Made by a program: the position numbers and the translations under genes. 64,000 nucleotides of DNA from an uncultured cyanobacterium (GTDB taxonomy: Bacteria > Cyanobacteriota > Cyanobacteriia > PCC-9006 > JAAUQQ01), in the NCBI GenBank assembly GCA_963718615.1, contig OY970368.1:1728001-1792000 (forward strand), written 5' to 3'. Shown here in pieces: positions 28,673 to 40,203 of the stretch. The notes under the pieces were generated by a model. That model was not told the DNA's origin and searched no databases. It worked only from the letters and a program-made list of their open reading frames with translations. Numbering within the stretch: position 1 is the first letter of the stretch; each line of letters starts with the position of its first letter.

Positions 28673-30031
28673 ATGGCGATCGAGCCCAAAGTCATGCAGG
28701 CGATCGAAACCCTGCAATACCGTGCCACCGTTGGGGATGTTGCCGCCCAAGCAGGGCTCCGGATTCCTGTGGCTGAGCAGGGGCTTTTGGCCCTCGCCAG
28801 TGAGGTGGGAGGGCATTTGCAGGTGGCGGATAGTGGCGAAATTGCCTATACCTTTCCGCAGAATTTTCGCAGTATTCTCTTCGGCAAATATTGGCGACTG
28901 CGATTGAATGCATGGCTTGGCAAAGCCTGGAAGATTTTGTTTTATTTGATTCGCATTTCCTTTGGCCTCATTTTGATTTTGTCCATTGGGATTTTGGCGA
29001 TCGCCCTAGTCATTGCTGCCTTCGCAGCCCTCTCCGCCACGAATCGCGATGATAACGATAGCCCCATTCGTGTGGATGGATTGTTTGAAGGAATTTTTGA
29101 CCTCCTAGGCGGTGCGATGCGGCTGTTATTCTACGCGGACTGGTTGGGTTGGGGGGGCTACAGCCCCGGCTATCGGACCTCCCCCCAACGTTTTCCTCGC
29201 CGTAGTTCTCCCTCGCGTCAGCAACCCAAATCCAACCTCAACTTTTTGGAAGCGGTCTTCTCGTTCTTATTTGGCGATGGCAATCCTAACGTCGAATTAG
29301 AAAACCATCGCTGGCAGGCGATCGCCCAGGTCATTCGTAAGCATCAGGGGGCGATCGCAGCGGAACAGGTTCAGCCCTTTTTAGATCAAACGGCGGTGGC
29401 AGCGGATGATGCCATTCTGCCGGTGCTCGTTCAGTTTCAGGGACAACCGCTAGTCAGTCCGACCGGAGCCTTGGTCTACAAATTCCCCGACCTGCAAGTG
29501 ACGGCCCAAGCGGGCAATTCAACCCCGGCCCTCGAAGGCCAAAGCGATGCTTCTTCTGCTTTTCTCAAAGAACGTCCTTGGCGGTTTAGCCAAGCCACCT
29601 CCGGGCAACTGTGGGCAGCGGGAATGTTGGGGGCAGTGAATGCAGGTCTGGCGGTGATCGTAGGCTTGATGTTGTCGGATTTTGCCACCTCTGGGATCGG
29701 GTTTTTGGGATTTGTGGCGCAGATTTATCCCCTGCTCTTGATCTATGGCGTGGGCTTTTTGCTGATTCCGTTGATTCGCTGGCAGGTGGTGAAGTGGCGC
29801 GATCGCGGTGTCCAGCAGCGAAATGAACAACGTCGAGCGATCGCCCAACAGCTCAAATCTCCCAGCCCTGAGCTCCGCGAGAAACTGACCTATGCCCAAA
29901 CCTTTGGAATGCGGCAGCAACTCAATCCGGAGGATGCAGTTTATACCACCGAAACAGATTTGATTGAGCAGGAGGTCAATCAACCGGATCGACTGGATGA
30001 AGAATGGGAGCGGCGGCTGCAGTCCGGTTGA
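28673..30031 (+). CDS. Conserved cyanobacterial/plastid membrane protein of unknown function
   Basis: TVGDVAA.AGL, LQVADSGEIAY.FP, NFLEAVFSFLFGDGNPN motifs; TM segments. Confidence 0.7.
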   Translation: MAIEPKVMQAIETLQYRATVGDVAAQAGLRIPVAEQGLLALASEVGGHLQVADSGEIAYTFPQNFRSILFGKYWRLRLNAWLGKAWKILFYLIRISFGLILILSIGILAIALVIAAFAALSATNRDDNDSPIRVDGLFEGIFDLLGGAMRLLFYADWLGWGGYSPGYRTSPQRFPRRSSPSRQQPKSNLNFLEAVFSFLFGDGNPNVELENHRWQAIAQVIRKHQGAIAAEQVQPFLDQTAVAADDAILPVLVQFQGQPLVSPTGALVYKFPDLQVTAQAGNSTPALEGQSDASSAFLKERPWRFSQATSGQLWAAGMLGAVNAGLAVIVGLMLSDFATSGIGFLGFVAQIYPLLLIYGVGFLLIPLIRWQVVKWRDRGVQQRNEQRRAIAQQLKSPSPELREKLTYAQTFGMRQQLNPEDAVYTTETDLIEQEVNQPDRLDEEWERRLQSG

Positions 30032-30159
30032 AGTTGTCGCTAGGTTAAGACGGTCGCCGGTTGAGCCAGAAAAATTTGGACAAAGGGCTCCGATCGCTCT
30101 ATGGTTAGGTTTTGAACCTCTTTTGCGATTCAATTCTTAATAATATCTGGAGACCTTCC

Positions 30160-30510
30160 ATGGGCTGGACTAAAGTCCTTTCTGAATCCGATCTTCCCCA
30201 GGGCGCGCGGCAAGTCGTCACGGTAGACGGCCAAAAGATCCTGCTGCTCAACCATGGGGCCAAGATCCACGCCGTTGCCAATCGCTGCCCCCACATGAAT
30301 CTGCCGATGAAAAAAGGCAAGATTACCGAGGATGGGGCGATCGTCTGTCCGTTCCATCGCAGTGCCTTCGATCTCTGCTCTGGCGAAGCCAAGGAATGGA
30401 CCCCCTTTCCCCCCGTCGTCGGTCAACTGATGGGCAAAATCAAAGCGGCCAATCCCCTGCCGGTCTTTCCCACGCGCACTGAAGACGGCAGCATCTGGGT
30501 TGAGGTCTAG
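30160..30510 (+). CDS. Rieske [2Fe-2S] ferredoxin
   Basis: CPH...CPFH Rieske ligand motifs. Confidence 0.9.
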   Translation: MGWTKVLSESDLPQGARQVVTVDGQKILLLNHGAKIHAVANRCPHMNLPMKKGKITEDGAIVCPFHRSAFDLCSGEAKEWTPFPPVVGQLMGKIKAANPLPVFPTRTEDGSIWVEV

Positions 30511-30591
30511 CCCCAAGCGCTAGAACCGACGGAGCGATGTGGCAAAATTAGAGATCGTTACAAATCCAGTGTTTATTCCCCTTTAACATCC

Positions 30592-31686
30592 GTGAGTGCA
30601 ACTGTTACCCGTCGCGCCGTCTTTCCGTTTACTGCTGTCATCGGTCAGGACGAAATGAAACTGGCCCTGATGCTCAACGTCATTGACCCCAAAATCGGCG
30701 GGGTGATGATCATGGGCGATCGCGGCACCGGCAAATCCACCACCATCCGCGCCTTGGCAGATCTCCTGCCCGACATTGAAGTCGTCGCTGATGACCCTTT
30801 CAATAGCCATCCCTCCGATCCGGACATGATGAGCGATGAAGTGCGTCAGCGTCAGGCCAATGGGGAGACACTGCCGACCACGAAAGCCAAGGTGATGATG
30901 GTCGATCTTCCCCTGGGAGCCACGGAAGATCGCGTCTGTGGCACCATCGACATCGAAAAAGCCCTCTCGGAAGGGGTCAAAGCCTTTGAGCCGGGGCTAT
31001 TGGCCAAAGCCAATCGCGGCATTCTCTACGTGGATGAAGTCAACCTCTTGGATGACCACCTCGTGGATGTATTGCTCGATTCTGCGGCTTCGGGCTGGAA
31101 TACCGTGGAGCGGGAAGGGATTTCGATTCGTCACCCGGCTCGGTTTGTGCTAGTGGGATCCGGTAACCCGGAAGAAGGGGAACTGCGGCCTCAATTGCTC
31201 GATCGCTTTGGCATGAGTGTAGAAGTGCGCACGGTCAAGGATCCGGAGCAGCGGGTTGAGGTGGTCGAACAGCGTTCTGCGTTTGATGCCAATCCCCAGG
31301 ACTTCATGGTTCAGCACCAAGCGGAGCAGGATGCACTCCAGCAGAAGCTCGTGGCGGCGCAGGAGTTGCTGCCCAGGGTCCAGCTAGATTACGACACGCG
31401 GGTCCAAATCTCTCAGGTTTGTTCGGAGCTCGATATCGATGGTTTACGGGGAGACCTGGTGACGAACCGGGCGGTCAAGGCTCTGGCGGCGTTCGAAGGT
31501 CGCACTGAAGCCACCGTTGAAGATCTGCAACGGGTGATTACCTTGTGTTTGCGTCATCGTTTACGCAAGGATCCGCTGGAGTCCGTGGATTCAGGCTTTA
31601 AGGTGATGAAAAACTTCTGTCGGATTTTTGGTCTCCCCGAGCCCGACGAAACGAAAACCATGGCTACGGCCAACGGTCGCCGTTAG
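30592..31686 (+). CDS. chlI: Magnesium chelatase ATPase subunit I
   Basis: GDRGTGKST Walker [25 protein letters not shown]. Confidence 0.97.
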   Translation: MSATVTRRAVFPFTAVIGQDEMKLALMLNVIDPKIGGVMIMGDRGTGKSTTIRALADLLPDIEVVADDPFNSHPSDPDMMSDEVRQRQANGETLPTTKAKVMMVDLPLGATEDRVCGTIDIEKALSEGVKAFEPGLLAKANRGILYVDEVNLLDDHLVDVLLDSAASGWNTVEREGISIRHPARFVLVGSGNPEEGELRPQLLDRFGMSVEVRTVKDPEQRVEVVEQRSAFDANPQDFMVQHQAEQDALQQKLVAAQELLPRVQLDYDTRVQISQVCSELDIDGLRGDLVTNRAVKALAAFEGRTEATVEDLQRVITLCLRHRLRKDPLESVDSGFKVMKNFCRIFGLPEPDETKTMATANGRR

Positions 31687-31726
31687 TGGGTGGGTGAGGA
31701 ATTTTGTTTAGAGGTTTGCTGAGAGA

Positions 31727-34309
31727 CTAGGCAACCGCCTCTGGGGCGGGTTTGAGCATGGCTTCAAACCCGCCTTTTTCGAGGATTCGTTCGGCTTCCT
31801 GGTGGGTTAAGGGGCTGGAGAAGAAATAGCCCTGAATGTACTCGCAGCCGGTTTTTTGGATGCGAATGAGTTGTTCGCGGGTTTCGACGCCTTCGGCGAT
31901 CGCCCCAATCCCCAAATCCCGCGTCAAACTAACAATCGTCTTAATAATTTCCCAGTTGCCTTCCTGGTTATTCCCTGGCACCACAAACGAACGGTCAATC
32001 TTGAGGGCATCGATCGGAAAGCGATGCAAACGACTAAAGGAAGAATAGCCCGTGCCAAAATCGTCGATGCAGAGCCTGACACCGATATCCTTGATTTCCT
32101 CCAGACAACGTTCTACCTTGTGCTCATCGCCAATCAGAACACTTTCCGTAATTTCCACCCGCAAACAGCTCGGGTCCAGCCCCGTCGCCGCCAAAACCGT
32201 ACGAATCTGTGCTGGCATGTCCGCCCGCACGAGCTGACGTCCCGAGACATTCACTGCCATTTTGACCGTTTCATCCACGAGCCCAGCCTTTTGCCAAGCC
32301 CGCATTTGGCGACAGGCTTCTTCCAGAACCCACTGGCCGAGGGGGACGATCAAGCCCGTTTCCTCCGCCACTGGAATAAACTCCGTCGGCGAAATCATGC
32401 CCCACTCGGGATGGTGCCAGCGAATCAGGGCTTCAAAGCTGGCCACTCGCCCCTCTGGCAGTTGCACAATGGGCTGATAGAGCAACTGGAGTTCCTGGCG
32501 CTGGAGCGATCGCCTTAAATCGGTCTCCAACTGAAGCTGGCTCAAGGGCGTTCGATGGATGCTGCTGTCAAACACCTGGGAACAGGCCCGACCGCTGTGC
32601 TTCGCCCGGTACATGGCAATATCCGCGTCCCGCAGCAGGTCTTCGATGCTGCTGTAGAGCTCGCCAGTCACCGCATCCCGACAGGGGACGATGCCGACAC
32701 TGGCACTGACAAAAAATTCCTGCTGTTGCAGTTGGAAGGGGTGATGCAAACTGGCGTGGATTTCACGGGCGATCGCCCAAGCCTCCTCAGAGGTCTGGGT
32801 TCCCTCCAGCAAAATCGCAAACTCATCGCCGCCCAATCGTGCCAGGGTATCAGACTCCTTGAGACAGGAGCGGAGGCGATCGCTAATCTTCACCAAAAGC
32901 TGATCACCCACCAGCGGCCCTAGGCTATCGTTAACCACCTTGAACCGATCTAAATCCAAAAACAGCAGCGTAAACGACCAATCTTCGTTTTCCTGAGCCA
33001 CCCCGAGGGCATGCTGAAGCCGCGTCGTAAACAGCGTGCGGTTGGGCAAGCCCGTGAGGGAATCGTACAGAGCACTGTACATCAGCCGTTCCTCCGCCTC
33101 CTGACGTTTGCTGATATCTTCGACGGTGCCCTCAAAATAGAGAAAATTGCTCGCACCGTCGTAAACCGGATGAACGCCCAGGGAAATCCAAACCAGGCTA
33201 CTATCCTTGCGATGGACCTGGGCCGTAAACTCTGACACTTCGCCCTGGTCATCGATCTCATCCAGAAATTCCTGCCAGCGCAGGGGCTCGAGGAAAAGCT
33301 GCTTGCTGACATCGGTCAGATTAGTAATTAGGTCCTCTGGGGAGTCATAGCCGAGAATATTGGCTAAGGCCGGGTTGGTGCTGATGAAATAGCCCTGGCG
33401 GGTCATTTGAAAAATCCCTTCCGTGGCATTTTCAAACAGCACTTGGTAACGCTCCTCCGCGCGCTGGAGTGCGAGCTCTGCCAGCTTATGCCGGGTCAAA
33501 TCTACCACCTGTACCAAAAAGCTCAGGGGCTGATTTTGAGAGTCATACATCAGTGCGATCTTGAGCAGGACGTGAACCAGCCGCCCATTTTTCGCTACGT
33601 AGCGCTTTTTAACCTGGGCGTAGGGTTGTCCTTCATCCAGGAGCTTATTGACCAACGCCAAACTAACGGCTAGATCCGCCTCGTAGGTAATCGTCTGCTG
33701 GGTTAGCCCCAAAAGCTCCTGTTCTGAGTAGCCGAGCGTTTTACAGAGCGCACTATTCACCCGCAAATAGCGACCATCCAGCCCCATCACCGCCATGCCA
33801 ATGGAGGCCAAATCAAAGATCAGGTGATACATGGCCTCGGAGGATTCCATCAGCCGTTCGCGCTGATGCAGTTGCTTGAGCGTCCGCTGGAAATGCTGGC
33901 TCAACGACGTAAATTCATCACTGGCACTGCCCACGGTAAAGGGAACGAGCGCCCCGTCATCCTGTTCTTGTTCAAAGAGTTTGACCGCTTTTGAAAAGCG
34001 ATGGAGCCGCCGAGCCAAACGACCTGAAAGGCCATAGCAACTCAGCCATAGCAACCCCAAGATGAGCCAGCCCGTTTCCCAAAGAGACTGTCCATACGCT
34101 TGCTTTAACTGCTCAATTTCAGTGGTCTGAACCTGGCACACCGGACCATTACAGTCGAGCAGCGTGGCGATCGCCCTCAACCAATACCAACCATGAGCCC
34201 ATCCAACCGTTCCCAGGATTAGACCCAAGCAGATCAGCAAACTGAGTGCCAATCCTAGAGACTGACTTCCATTAGGAAAAAGCTGTCGAGTAGAAAAGCT
34301 GCGCTTCAT
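31727..34309 (-). CDS. Membrane-anchored PAS-PAS-GGDEF-EAL c-di-GMP signalling protein
   Basis: Two TM segments, two PAS domains, [24 protein letters not shown]. Confidence 0.92.
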   Translation of the reverse strand: MKRSFSTRQLFPNGSQSLGLALSLLICLGLILGTVGWAHGWYWLRAIATLLDCNGPVCQVQTTEIEQLKQAYGQSLWETGWLILGLLWLSCYGLSGRLARRLHRFSKAVKLFEQEQDDGALVPFTVGSASDEFTSLSQHFQRTLKQLHQRERLMESSEAMYHLIFDLASIGMAVMGLDGRYLRVNSALCKTLGYSEQELLGLTQQTITYEADLAVSLALVNKLLDEGQPYAQVKKRYVAKNGRLVHVLLKIALMYDSQNQPLSFLVQVVDLTRHKLAELALQRAEERYQVLFENATEGIFQMTRQGYFISTNPALANILGYDSPEDLITNLTDVSKQLFLEPLRWQEFLDEIDDQGEVSEFTAQVHRKDSSLVWISLGVHPVYDGASNFLYFEGTVEDISKRQEAEERLMYSALYDSLTGLPNRTLFTTRLQHALGVAQENEDWSFTLLFLDLDRFKVVNDSLGPLVGDQLLVKISDRLRSCLKESDTLARLGGDEFAILLEGTQTSEEAWAIAREIHASLHHPFQLQQQEFFVSASVGIVPCRDAVTGELYSSIEDLLRDADIAMYRAKHSGRACSQVFDSSIHRTPLSQLQLETDLRRSLQRQELQLLYQPIVQLPEGRVASFEALIRWHHPEWGMISPTEFIPVAEETGLIVPLGQWVLEEACRQMRAWQKAGLVDETVKMAVNVSGRQLVRADMPAQIRTVLAATGLDPSCLRVEITESVLIGDEHKVERCLEEIKDIGVRLCIDDFGTGYSSFSRLHRFPIDALKIDRSFVVPGNNQEGNWEIIKTIVSLTRDLGIGAIAEGVETREQLIRIQKTGCEYIQGYFFSSPLTHQEAERILEKGGFEAMLKPAPEAVA

Positions 34310-34960
34310 GAATGGGACAAGTTTGCCTTGAATCTGTCAAGTGGTTCTCAATCGACTCGTTACATTTGCTGATGCATATATCGATGCATCATTCAGCTTA
34401 CGCGCTTAAAGCACACCCTATCTCTGTGCGTTCTTTACTACCATAGACGCTCTGATTCAGAACGCCGAATTTACAACTTCCCCTGGGTTGATGTAGGGCA
34501 TTTATCCCTTGACAAAGTGAAGAAGGTAGAGAAAGCCTCTGGTCTTAAGATGCACGAGTGCCCAGGGAAGCTAACGGTTTTATATCCTTTTCACAGACAC
34601 GGTTCACAGGTCCTTAAAGCACGATCGCCTTTCAGATAGTATTGAAATTGGGGAAATAGGGTTAGGTAACGCTGCGCTCAGTAAAATGCTCTAAACAGCG
34701 CCTATATATTTATACAAAGCTATATGCACAACCGAATATAATCTAGCCGTTTCCCTTCAAACCTCTGCCTACAGAGGGTTTCTCAGGGAATGAGAGATTT
34801 ATGCTTCTAAAGTTTGATAAATGAAAGTTTGGAATTTTAAGGTTTCTTTAAGAAGGATAGCCCAGTTCTCTGGCCTATGGAAACCAGGGATGGAGTCACG
34901 ACAATGCAGTCGTGGCTAGGGAGAATCTAACCTTCAACGCTCCATCAACGCTTTAATCCT

Positions 34961-35311
34961 TTAATCAGAGTCCACATCGAGATTTGGGCTTTGTAAACCG
35001 GTCCCCATCAGATGAGTCTCCAATTCCATGCGCTGCTCCATTTGGCGGAGGAAATAGCCTGTCATCATGGCCGAGGCTAAGAGCCCTGCGAGGTTTTCGC
35101 GATTGGTCGTGACCTGGACATTAAAATTGTCCGAGGGCAGCATCCCTAGGAGCCCCTGTACGTTTTGACTCACGATCTCTTTGACCTCTGGTCCCACAGA
35201 GCGGGCAACCCGAGATAGCACCTCCGGCGGCTGATGCTGGAGATATTTCAGAAGCTCATTGACTTCTGCGGCATCGGTGTCTGAACTGAAAAAGTTTGAA
35301 TTAAACGCCAT
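34961..35311 (-). CDS. DUF760 domain protein
   Basis: LLKYLQ...QNVQGLLGMLP...ENLAGLLASAMMTGYFLRQMEQR. Confidence 0.85.
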   Translation of the reverse strand: MAFNSNFFSSDTDAAEVNELLKYLQHQPPEVLSRVARSVGPEVKEIVSQNVQGLLGMLPSDNFNVQVTTNRENLAGLLASAMMTGYFLRQMEQRMELETHLMGTGLQSPNLDVDSD

Positions 35312-35539
35312 GAGTAATGTGTCTAGTGACCTCGTAGTCAGGGCAGATTACGACGGCGGACTCACTTCTCCCTGCGTACCACTGAACTGAATCGGGCAAT
35401 CGCACAGGCGATAAGGTGGGATAGCCTACCTCTTAATGTAACGCAACCTTCGCTCCTATGTTGCCCAGCCTGAATAGAATTCAGCTCAGTAAAGACGCGA
35501 AGTTTTGCATCCCAAATCGAATAGACGCCAGTATACTGC

Positions 35540-36166
35540 CTAGACTTCCGCTTGCGCCTCAGCATCTCGACTCAAGCCTTCCCTAGGCTGCGTGTCTAAA
35601 ACATCAAGCTGTACGGGGTCGGAGGATTCAGAGTCTGGGGTTAAATCAATGGCACCGCTGGCTTGTCCCTTGGGAACGACGCGCCGAATGGGCTTAATTT
35701 CAGGCAGCTCTTCAATTTCAAAGTATTGATGAAATTTTTCGGTTACCCGCAGATGGGCGGAGCGGCTGTCCTTATGGTTGCGCTTTTGGACAAAGCCTTC
35801 TTCTACGAGGGTCTGGACATGGTGATAGGCTCCGGAGCCCCGGAGTTCCACCAGCTCGCTGAGTTTGAGATCCTTGCGCAGGGCGATCGCCGCCAAGGTC
35901 CGCAAGGCCCCAATGCCCAAGTCCACCGGCACCAACGTATGAATGAGGTCCTTAAGGGTTTCCCGCAGCTGCAAAATATAGCCATCGGGTTCCTCTACGA
36001 CTTCCAGGGCGCTGTCCCGCTGGGCATAGTCATCCATGAGTTGAATCAGGGCATCTTCGGCGGTTTGGCGATCGCACTGGGCATGTTCCGCAATTTCCCC
36101 TAGGGAGAGTGGCCGACCCCGCAGATACAAAATGGCTTCAATTTTAGTGGCGAGAGAAACCGACAT
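35540..36166 (-). CDS. scpB: SMC-Scp complex subunit ScpB
   Basis: IEAILY, ALRTLAAIA, LVELRGSGAY.HV, T.KF..YF motifs. Confidence 0.9.
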   Translation of the reverse strand: MSVSLATKIEAILYLRGRPLSLGEIAEHAQCDRQTAEDALIQLMDDYAQRDSALEVVEEPDGYILQLRETLKDLIHTLVPVDLGIGALRTLAAIALRKDLKLSELVELRGSGAYHHVQTLVEEGFVQKRNHKDSRSAHLRVTEKFHQYFEIEELPEIKPIRRVVPKGQASGAIDLTPDSESSDPVQLDVLDTQPREGLSRDAEAQAEV

Positions 36167-36185
36167 AGGTTTTAGTTCAGGGATT

Positions 36186-37082
36186 TTAGTCCAGGCTGCG
36201 CCCGGTCAACTCCACAAAGATATCTTCCAGGTTCGAGGCACGCACCATCATACCGGTTTTATCGCTTTGGGCTTCTAAATAGGCGGTGGCTTCGCTTTCC
36301 GTGGGGAAAAATTGATACTCCCAGCGATCGCCCCTCTGCTTCATCACTAACCCCTTACCATGGCGCTCTCGCAGTTCCGCCAGGGTACCCAGCTCGATGA
36401 GTTTGCCGTGGTCCATGATGCCGATGCGATCGCACAAATACTCCACCTCGTCCATGTAGTGGGTGGTGAGGAGGATGGTCATGCCCTGTTTTTTATTCAG
36501 TTCGCGGATCATTTCCCAGAGGCGGCGGCGGGTTTGGGGGTCGAGGCCAACGGTGGGTTCATCGAGAAAGAGAATTTGGGGCTGGTGCAGCAGCGCACGG
36601 GCGATTTGCAACCGGCGCTTCATGCCACCGGAGAGGGTTTTGACAAGGTCATCGCGCCGTTCGACGAGTTCCACATATTCGAGCCAGTGATGAATGCGCG
36701 ATTGGCGATCGCCCTTGGGAATATGGTGCATCCGCCCGTGGAATTCGAGGTTTTCCCAGACGGTCAGGTCCGCATCGACGCTGGTTTGCTGGAGGACGAC
36801 GCCGAGGGTGCTTTTGACCTGTTGGCGATCGCGCACGACGTCATATCCCATGATCTGAATCCGGCCCTCGCTCGGCTGGGTCAGCGTTGTGATCATCCGA
36901 ATCGTGGTGGATTTGCCTGCCCCATTGGGACCCAAGAGCCCAAACATTTCACCCGGCTGAATGTCAAAGGATAAGCCATCGACCACCGGTACATCGGTAA
37001 AGCGTTTGGTGACGGTTTGCAGCGAAACAGCGGCTTGGGTGGTGGCGGAATCTGGAGACACAGTGGCGGGGGAAGCAGTCAT
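36186..37082 (-). CDS. ABC transporter ATP-binding protein (NodI/DrrA-like)
   Basis: GPNGAGKST, LSGGMKRR, LFLDEPT, LTTHYM. Confidence 0.92.
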   Translation of the reverse strand: MTASPATVSPDSATTQAAVSLQTVTKRFTDVPVVDGLSFDIQPGEMFGLLGPNGAGKSTTIRMITTLTQPSEGRIQIMGYDVVRDRQQVKSTLGVVLQQTSVDADLTVWENLEFHGRMHHIPKGDRQSRIHHWLEYVELVERRDDLVKTLSGGMKRRLQIARALLHQPQILFLDEPTVGLDPQTRRRLWEMIRELNKKQGMTILLTTHYMDEVEYLCDRIGIMDHGKLIELGTLAELRERHGKGLVMKQRGDRWEYQFFPTESEATAYLEAQSDKTGMMVRASNLEDIFVELTGRSLD

Positions 37083-37177
37083 GCAATCAGAGCCTGAGCA
37101 GGGATACTGCTTCATATTATTCAACAATGGGGGCTAGCCCAGTCTCGATTGGCAAAAGAAACCCGGTATGAAGCAGA

Positions 37178-37492
37178 TTAGGGTTTAAAGGGATGGACCT
37201 GTTTTACGGCATCAAGATTTAAGGGACCGTACAGGTGGGGAAAGGTGCCGTGGCCAGGAACCTCGTCGTAGCGGAGTTCGGCTTGGAGGCGATCGCCCTC
37301 AATTTCCAACAGCACCAGTCCGGACTGACCTGCATAAAACCGAGCGGCCACTTCCAGGACCTGTTCTTGTTTAGAAAGATGAATAAAGCCTTCTGCTGCC
37401 AAGGAAGCCGCCCGATAGAGACCGTCACGCTGGGCACTTTCCCAGGCCGTTTTCTCAGTGATATGAAACAGGATGGTTGAAGGGTTTTCCAT
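37178..37492 (-). CDS. DUF952 domain protein
   Basis: EGFIHLS, FPHLYGPLNLDAV motifs. Confidence 0.88.
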   Translation of the reverse strand: MENPSTILFHITEKTAWESAQRDGLYRAASLAAEGFIHLSKQEQVLEVAARFYAGQSGLVLLEIEGDRLQAELRYDEVPGHGTFPHLYGPLNLDAVKQVHPFKP

Positions 37493-38373
37493 CAGTGATT
37501 TTCCTTGGGCTGGGATAATTTGGGCTGGGATAATTTGGGCTGGGATAAGTTTAGTTTGGCCTGCTGGGCGATCGCCAGAATCCCATCCAATTGCAAATCC
37601 AACAGGTCTGCCGAGACATCAGCCTGACTTAACCACAGCAAATATTCAATATTGCCCGCCGGTCCCGTTAAGGGCGACCAGGTCAAACCCCGATCGCCCC
37701 ACCCCAACGCCCGCGCCGTAGCCAACACCTGGGCGATCGCCCCTGCTTGGTCCTGGGGATCACGGACAACGCCTTTTTTACCGACGCGATCGCGCCCTAC
37801 CTCAAACTGTGGCTTGACCAACAGCAGCAGCTCTCGCGGTTCCCGCAGCAACCGATGCAGCGCAGGCAGGACCTTTGTGAGGGAAATAAATGACACATCA
37901 ACAACGCCTAAATCGGGCCAAGTTGCCCCTTCCCCATAAAGTTCATCGGGTTGTAGATGCCGTAAATTGATCCGTTCCTTCAGGACCAACCGCTCATCGG
38001 TGCGCAGTTGCCAAGCAACCTGTCCATACCCCACATCGACACCGTAAACTTGACGAGCTCCGTTTTGCAGCAAGCAATCGGTGAACCCGCCCGTTGAAAT
38101 ACCGCCATCTAAACAAATGCGATCGCCCACCGCCACCCCAAACGTGGCTAACGCCTTGGCTAGCTTTTCACCCCCTCGGGAAACGTAGGGCGATCGCTGC
38201 TTAACTTCAATCGCGGCATCGACCGCAACTTCTGTTCCCGGCTTATCGATGATCTGCTGATTGATTTTAACTTCACCTGCTCGAATCAACCGCTGAGCCA
38301 AGGCGCGCGAGTCACAAAGCTGACGATCCACTAATAAGGTATCCAATCGCTGCTTGGCGGAAGCTTTAGGCAT
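37492..38373 (-). CDS. tlyA: TlyA family rRNA (cytidine-2'-O)-methyltransferase
   Basis: S4 domain RLD..LV; YVSRGGEKL, DGGISTGGFTD, DVSFISL, KPQFE, GPAGNIEY. Confidence 0.93.
   Translation of the reverse strand: MPKASAKQRLDTLLVDRQLCDSRALAQRLIRAGEVKINQQIIDKPGTEVAVDAAIEVKQRSPYVSRGGEKLAKALATFGVAVGDRICLDGGISTGGFTDCLLQNGARQVYGVDVGYGQVAWQLRTDERLVLKERINLRHLQPDELYGEGATWPDLGVVDVSFISLTKVLPALHRLLREPRELLLLVKPQFEVGRDRVGKKGVVRDPQDQAGAIAQVLATARALGWGDRGLTWSPLTGPAGNIEYLLWLSQADVSADLLDLQLDGILAIAQQAKLNLSQPKLSQPKLSQPKENH
37505..37549. repeat. 15-bp tandem repeat x3 (LSQPK) at the tlyA C-terminus
   Basis: ttgggctgggataat x3. Confidence 0.9.
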
Positions 38374-38379
38374 AAATCG

Positions 38380-38922
38380 CTATTCTCCTCCTCGGATTAG
38401 CTCGACGCGATCGTAGTGATCAATCGAATTCAAATAAACTTTAACCTGTTCATGTTTTGCTGTAGGTAAGCGTTTTCCCACAAAATCCGGATGAATGGGC
38501 AACTCGCGATGGCCTCGATCCACCAAGACCGCGAGCCGAATCAGGGCCGGTCTCCCATAGTCATTAATGGCATCCAACGCCGCTCGAATCGTTCGACCCT
38601 TAAAAATTACGTCATCCACAAGCACGACAACCTTGCCCGTTAAATCCACTTCAATATCCGTTTTAGCCGGTGTCCGAATGCCAATTTGGTCGAGATCATC
38701 TCGATAAAACGTAATATCTAAGGCTCCCATCGGCACCTCTATCCCTTCCATCGCCTTGATTTGATTGACCAGCAATTCAGCCAACGGTACCCCTCGGGTA
38801 TGAATGCCGAGGAGAACTAGATTATTCAGATCGCCACCCTGCTCAATGATCTGTGAAGCCAAGCGATTGCAGGTGCGGCGAACTTCTTCGTCTGACAGGA
38901 TTTCGATGATTTCTTGAGGCAT
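38380..38922 (-). CDS. pyrR: Pyrimidine operon regulator / uracil phosphoribosyltransferase
   Basis: [35 protein letters not shown]. Confidence 0.95.
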   Translation of the reverse strand: MPQEIIEILSDEEVRRTCNRLASQIIEQGGDLNNLVLLGIHTRGVPLAELLVNQIKAMEGIEVPMGALDITFYRDDLDQIGIRTPAKTDIEVDLTGKVVVLVDDVIFKGRTIRAALDAINDYGRPALIRLAVLVDRGHRELPIHPDFVGKRLPTAKHEQVKVYLNSIDHYDRVELIRGGE

Positions 38923-39063
38923 AGAGCAGCAGTAAGATTTAGTATCCAGTTTGGCATCAAGACCGGTATCCAGTCTGGTATCAAGTCTGAGCCTTTAGTT
39001 TACTCGGGGTTCTTGTCAGAATGGACTGGGGGGCGAGGGTCTTTATCCATCCATTAAAAGTTA

Positions 39064-40059
39064 TCAATCTATCAAAATCAGAATGCCCCCGGCGATCGCC
39101 AACCAAATCAAAAAGCAAGATCGGGTGAGGGCGAGGGCCTGGTGAATCCGTTTTGGGGTGATGGGGGTTCGATCTTCCCCCAGCAACGGCTTAGGCTTGA
39201 TCACCCCATGATAGAGATTGTTTCCTCCCACCTGAACGCCGAGGGCTGCGGCATAGGCGCATTCGCTCCAACCGGCATTGGGACTAGGATCAGTGGGAGC
39301 ATCGCGGCGACAGAGGCGGATCACGGTACTCGGTTGTTTCGATAGCAACGCAATGGTCAATACCGCAAGCCGACAGGGTAGCCAAGTTAGGCCATCTTCA
39401 AGACGCGCGCTAAACCAGCCGAGATAGGTGTAAGGCAACTCCCGATAGCCCACCATGGAATCTAAGGTGCTGGCTGCTTTGTAGCCCAGGGCGATCGCCA
39501 CCCCCAGACCCCCTCCCCCCATGGAGAACGCACTGCCGAGGATGACCCCAACGACGCCATAAAACAGAGGCGCTAAGACACCATCCACCCCATTCTCCGT
39601 CACGGTTTCAAACACCGCCCGGTACACCTCAGTCTCCGAGAGCTGGTCGGTATCCCGTCCGACATATCGACTCAAATGTTTGCGGGCCAACTCTAAATTT
39701 CCCGCCCTTAAAGGCCCTAAGACCTCTTCCGCTGCCCGCCGCAAACTTCGCCCTGCCAAGCAACTGGCCAACAAAAGGGTTGCCACTCCCCAGCCCAAAA
39801 TTGGAGATAATTGAGTGGCGATCGCGACAATCCCAGCCCCAATCCCACCACTTCCCATCACTAACCCCAGCCCCAATAACACTCCAGCTAGCCGCTGTCC
39901 ACCAGGGGATTTAATCCAGGCCAAGCTAATCGATTGATACCGCCTTATTCCCGCCCCCATGAGCTGAACGGGATGGGGCCAACCCCAAGGATCACCCAGG
40001 CAAAAATCCAAGATTGCAGCAGCGACTAAAATCGTGAAACTGGATCTCAAAACCTGCAT
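39064..40059 (-). CDS. cbiB: Adenosylcobinamide-phosphate synthase CbiB/CobD
   Basis: GDPWGWPHPV, VGRDT, ENGVDG, TLDSMVGY, SPNAGWSE. Confidence 0.93.
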   Translation of the reverse strand: MQVLRSSFTILVAAAILDFCLGDPWGWPHPVQLMGAGIRRYQSISLAWIKSPGGQRLAGVLLGLGLVMGSGGIGAGIVAIATQLSPILGWGVATLLLASCLAGRSLRRAAEEVLGPLRAGNLELARKHLSRYVGRDTDQLSETEVYRAVFETVTENGVDGVLAPLFYGVVGVILGSAFSMGGGGLGVAIALGYKAASTLDSMVGYRELPYTYLGWFSARLEDGLTWLPCRLAVLTIALLSKQPSTVIRLCRRDAPTDPSPNAGWSECAYAAALGVQVGGNNLYHGVIKPKPLLGEDRTPITPKRIHQALALTRSCFLIWLAIAGGILILID

Positions 40060-40203
40060 TTAGAGTAGGACAAAGGAACTATTTTGATTGAATTTGATCA
40101 AAAACAATGCCTTTGGCCGGCTCATTTTTAAAGCCATTGACCCTGCAAGGATTGATCCGCTGTATCCTCATCCTAAGGCAGGAGCGTCATCCCCATCAAT
40201 GCC

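Noticed and set aside
38923-39063. Possible PyrR attenuator RNA upstream of pyrR
   Set aside because: Only a 12-bp tandem repeat was seen; no recognisable AGUCCAGAGAGG-type binding loop with terminator.
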